NCBI GenBank assembly: GCA_043753755.1
Contig: JAYUWC010000177.1
Coordinates: forward strand, 1-43,720
Source of the DNA: Rhizobacter sp.
GTDB taxonomy: Bacteria > Pseudomonadota > Gammaproteobacteria > Burkholderiales > Burkholderiaceae_C
Direction of reading: 5' to 3'
Length of the DNA: 43,720 bases
Of the stretch, positions 41,032 to 43,720 are shown piece after piece. Both the position numbers and the translations under genes were made by a program. How positions within the stretch are numbered: position 1 is the stretch's first letter; every line of letters starts with the position of its first letter. A model generated the notes under the pieces. That model was not told the origin of the DNA, did not search any database, and worked only from the letters and a program-made list of their open reading frames with translations.

Positions 41032-43295
41032 ACCCGCACTATCCAAACCATGCACCCTTGCCTCCCGTTCACCGCAGTGCGATGGTGCCGACTGCCTGGG
41101 CCGGCCATCCGTTGTTGCGGCCCTTGCTCCGGTTGATCGGCTACAAGCCGCCGCAACCCTGGCGCGTCACGCTCGACGCGCGGCCGCTGATGATGCGGCG
41201 CGTGCTGCTGCTGGTGCTGGTCGCACTCGGTGCCGCGATCGGCACCGACTACATGATCGATATCCTGCCGCGGCACGGTCACGGCTGGGCAGAGCAGGGT
41301 TTGATCGTCCTGTTCGGCATTCTTTTCGCGTGGATCTCGGCCGGCTTCTGGACGGCGTTGATGGGCACCTGGGTGCTGCTGCTGGGCCGTGACCGGCGAT
41401 CGGTGACCGGGGTGCTTCGCGGTGATGGCGCGAAAGCGCCGATCGATGCCGAGGCCCGCACCGCCGTCATCATGCCGATCTGCAACGAGCATGTGCCGAC
41501 GGTCTTTGCCGGGCTGCGTGCCACGGTCGAGTCGCTGGCGCGCACCGACTCGGCCGAACGCTTCGACTTCTTCGTGCTGAGCGACACCAACGACCCCAAC
41601 ACGCGTGTGGCCGAGCAGGCCGCATGGACCCAACTCACCGAAGCCCTCGCGCAGCAGGGAACGGCGGTGCGAGTGCACTACCGCTGGCGGCAGATTCGCA
41701 CGCGCCGCAAAGCCGGCAACGTCGCCGACTTCTGCCGCCGCTTTGGTGCCGACTACCGCTACATGGTGGTTCTCGATGCCGACAGCGTCATGACCGGCGA
41801 TTGCCTCACTTCGCTGGCTCGCATGATGGAGGCCCATCCCGACGCCGGCATCATCCAGACGGCGCCGCGTGCTTGCGGGCATGAGACCGTGCATGCGCGC
41901 ATCGTTCAATTCAGCTCGAGGGTTTACGGGCCGCTGTTCACGACCGGAATGCACTTTTGGCAGCTCGGTGAGTCGCACTATTGGGGCCACAACGCGATCC
42001 TGCGGATGGCACCGTTTATCGCCCACTGCGCGCTTGCGCCGCTCCACGGCAAGACCTCGCTCTCCGGCGACGTCATGTCTCATGATTTCGTCGAGGCCGC
42101 ATTGATGCGCCGCGCCGGATGGAAGGTCTGGATCGCCCACGACCTCGAAGGCAGCTATGAGCAAGTGCCGCCGAACCTCCTGGCCGAACTGCAGCGCGAC
42201 CAGCGCTGGGCGCATGGCAATCTGCAGAACTCTCGGCTGATGTTCGAGCCCGGCCTGCATCCCGTGCACCGCACGGTGTTTTTGACGGGTGTGCTGGCCT
42301 ATGTTTCGGCGCCGCTGTGGCTTGCGTTTTTGCTGCTCTCGACGGTACTGTTCGCCGACCACTCGCACGCCGTGCCGCGTTACTTTTTCGAGCCGTACCA
42401 GCTCTTTCCGATCTGGCCTAACGCCAACGTCAAGTTGATGTTGACGCTGTTCGGCCTTACCGGCGTGCTCCTGCTTGCCCCGAAAGCGCTGTCGCTCGCC
42501 TTGATCATCTTGCGTGGCCAGGCGCGGCGCTTCGGCGGCGTCTCGCGGTTGTTGATCGGCGCGCTGTTCGAGTTCTTGCATTCGCTGTTGCTCGCGCCCG
42601 TGCGCATGCTCTTCCATACCCAATTTGTGCTGGCCGCGTTGACCGGCCTCAAGCTCGACTGGAAGTCACCGCCGCGTGATGATGCCGTCACGCCGTGGCG
42701 CCAGGCGCTGCGTCGTCACGGCTTGCATACGGTGCTTGCAATGAGTTGGATCGCGGTGATCTTGCTGAGCAGCGCGGCTTTTCCGTGGTGGCTCTCGCCG
42801 GTGCTGCTTGGCTTGCTGGTCGCGATCCCGCTTTCGGCATGGACGAGCCACGCTGGCCCGGGCCGCTGGCTTCGCGCCCGCAGGGTGTTCTTGATCCCTG
42901 AAGAGGCACGCCAGCCCGCGGTACTGGCCGAGGCCGATCGATACGTCGAATGGTTTGCAGCGTTGCCGCACCTGGCTGACGCCGTCGCTGACGAGACCGC
43001 GCATGGCAACGTGCTCAAAGCGATCCCGGTGCGCCGCCCGGCCTCAGGTGAGAAGGCCCGCGCCCAGGCCGCAATCGTCGAGCTCGCCGCGCACGTGGGG
43101 CCGGGCGGTTTGAGCAAGGCGCAGCGCCTTCGCCTGCTCGCCGACGCCGCGGCATTGCGTGCCCTGCGGGCACGCGTGGTAGCGCGGCAGGCCCACGCTG
43201 ACTGGTGGAAGGCGCCCCGCGCTGAAGCGTCCGCCGTCGCGCTGCCTATCGAGCTGCCGCACCAGCCGCCCGAGACGGTTGTCGCGGCGCACTGA
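41028..43295 (+). CDS. opgH: glucans biosynthesis glucosyltransferase H
   Basis: MPICNE, FFVLSDT, RKAGNVADFCRRFG, VVLDADSVM, YWGHNAILR and SHDFVEAALMRRAGW. GTG overlaps the opgG stop. Confidence 0.95.
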   Translation: MNPHYPNHAPLPPVHRSAMVPTAWAGHPLLRPLLRLIGYKPPQPWRVTLDARPLMMRRVLLLVLVALGAAIGTDYMIDILPRHGHGWAEQGLIVLFGILFAWISAGFWTALMGTWVLLLGRDRRSVTGVLRGDGAKAPIDAEARTAVIMPICNEHVPTVFAGLRATVESLARTDSAERFDFFVLSDTNDPNTRVAEQAAWTQLTEALAQQGTAVRVHYRWRQIRTRRKAGNVADFCRRFGADYRYMVVLDADSVMTGDCLTSLARMMEAHPDAGIIQTAPRACGHETVHARIVQFSSRVYGPLFTTGMHFWQLGESHYWGHNAILRMAPFIAHCALAPLHGKTSLSGDVMSHDFVEAALMRRAGWKVWIAHDLEGSYEQVPPNLLAELQRDQRWAHGNLQNSRLMFEPGLHPVHRTVFLTGVLAYVSAPLWLAFLLLSTVLFADHSHAVPRYFFEPYQLFPIWPNANVKLMLTLFGLTGVLLLAPKALSLALIILRGQARRFGGVSRLLIGALFEFLHSLLLAPVRMLFHTQFVLAALTGLKLDWKSPPRDDAVTPWRQALRRHGLHTVLAMSWIAVILLSSAAFPWWLSPVLLGLLVAIPLSAWTSHAGPGRWLRARRVFLIPEEARQPAVLAEADRYVEWFAALPHLADAVADETAHGNVLKAIPVRRPASGEKARAQAAIVELAAHVGPGGLSKAQRLRLLADAAALRALRARVVARQAHADWWKAPRAEASAVALPIELPHQPPETVVAAH

Positions 43296-43312
43296 TCGCG
43301 CGCTGTGCCCAC

Positions 43313-43720
43313 TCATCCGGGCGGCGCTGCGGGCGCTTGCAGATCTATCTGCACCTTGACGATGCCGTCGCCCTCTGAAGCTGTCGTTTGAGGCAACGCG
43401 CTTTCGTTGAACACCCGGAGCATGCCGGCGTTGCGACGCAGCACCTCGGCGTCGAACCGCGCAATGCCGCCGGCACGCGCGATGTCAATTAACGCTGTGA
43501 GCAACCGACCGGCAATGCCTTGGCGTTGAACGTCTTCTTCGACGGCAAACGCGACTTCGGCCGCAACGACATGGTCGACAGGCGGCTTGCGCACATAGCC
43601 GCCGCTCCCGACGATCACCTCGGCACCGCCCTGCTGCAAGGTCACGACCAGCACCACGCGAGACTCGAAGTCGGGGTTGCAGAGGCGGTCGAGGTCGGCC
43701 TCGGTCAGCGACCGTTTGTA
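43313..43720 (-). CDS. GNAT acetyltransferase domain protein (Pat-like), 5' end outside the window
   Basis: Frame is open to the window edge. AEVAFAVEEDVQRQGIAGRLL and AEVLRRNAGMLRVF. Confidence 0.8.
   Translation of the reverse strand, partial: YKRSLTEADLDRLCNPDFESRVVLVVTLQQGGAEVIVGSGGYVRKPPVDHVVAAEVAFAVEEDVQRQGIAGRLLTALIDIARAGGIARFDAEVLRRNAGMLRVFNESALPQTTASEGDGIVKVQIDLQAPAAPPG

Overview
GC-rich bacterial chromosomal segment. Gene order and protein style suggest Betaproteobacteria, Burkholderiales (inference). It is mostly core housekeeping DNA: ppsA; GNAT-moaA; an NlpC/P60 peptidase; an AcuI/YhdH-type reductase; a NylB-like serine hydrolase; PIN-PhoH, bcp and a Mth938-like gene; the alaA-hom-thrC-moeA-moaD-moaE-crcB run; clpB; rpsF-priB-rpsR-rplI-dnaB; two alpha/beta hydrolases; ChaN; dusA; an EamA transporter; a gamma-glutamylation-type polyamine/omega-amine cluster; aceA; opgG-opgH; and a truncated GNAT. 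I see no tRNA, rRNA, CRISPR array, prophage or IS. The best novelty candidate is the 431-aa orphan between clpB and rpsF. By eye it reads as a degenerate MglA-like GTPase fold with no P-loop, fused through a linker to a Roadblock/LC7 (MglB-like) domain. Other points: clpB carries one in-frame TAG, the polyamine ABC operon lacks its binding-protein gene, a terminator sits just upstream of PIN-phoH, there is a structured leader before puuD, DnaA-box-like repeats precede dnaB, aceA has a complex operator region, and opgGH has a sigma54-type promoter. All family calls come from motif recognition by eye; no database searches were run.
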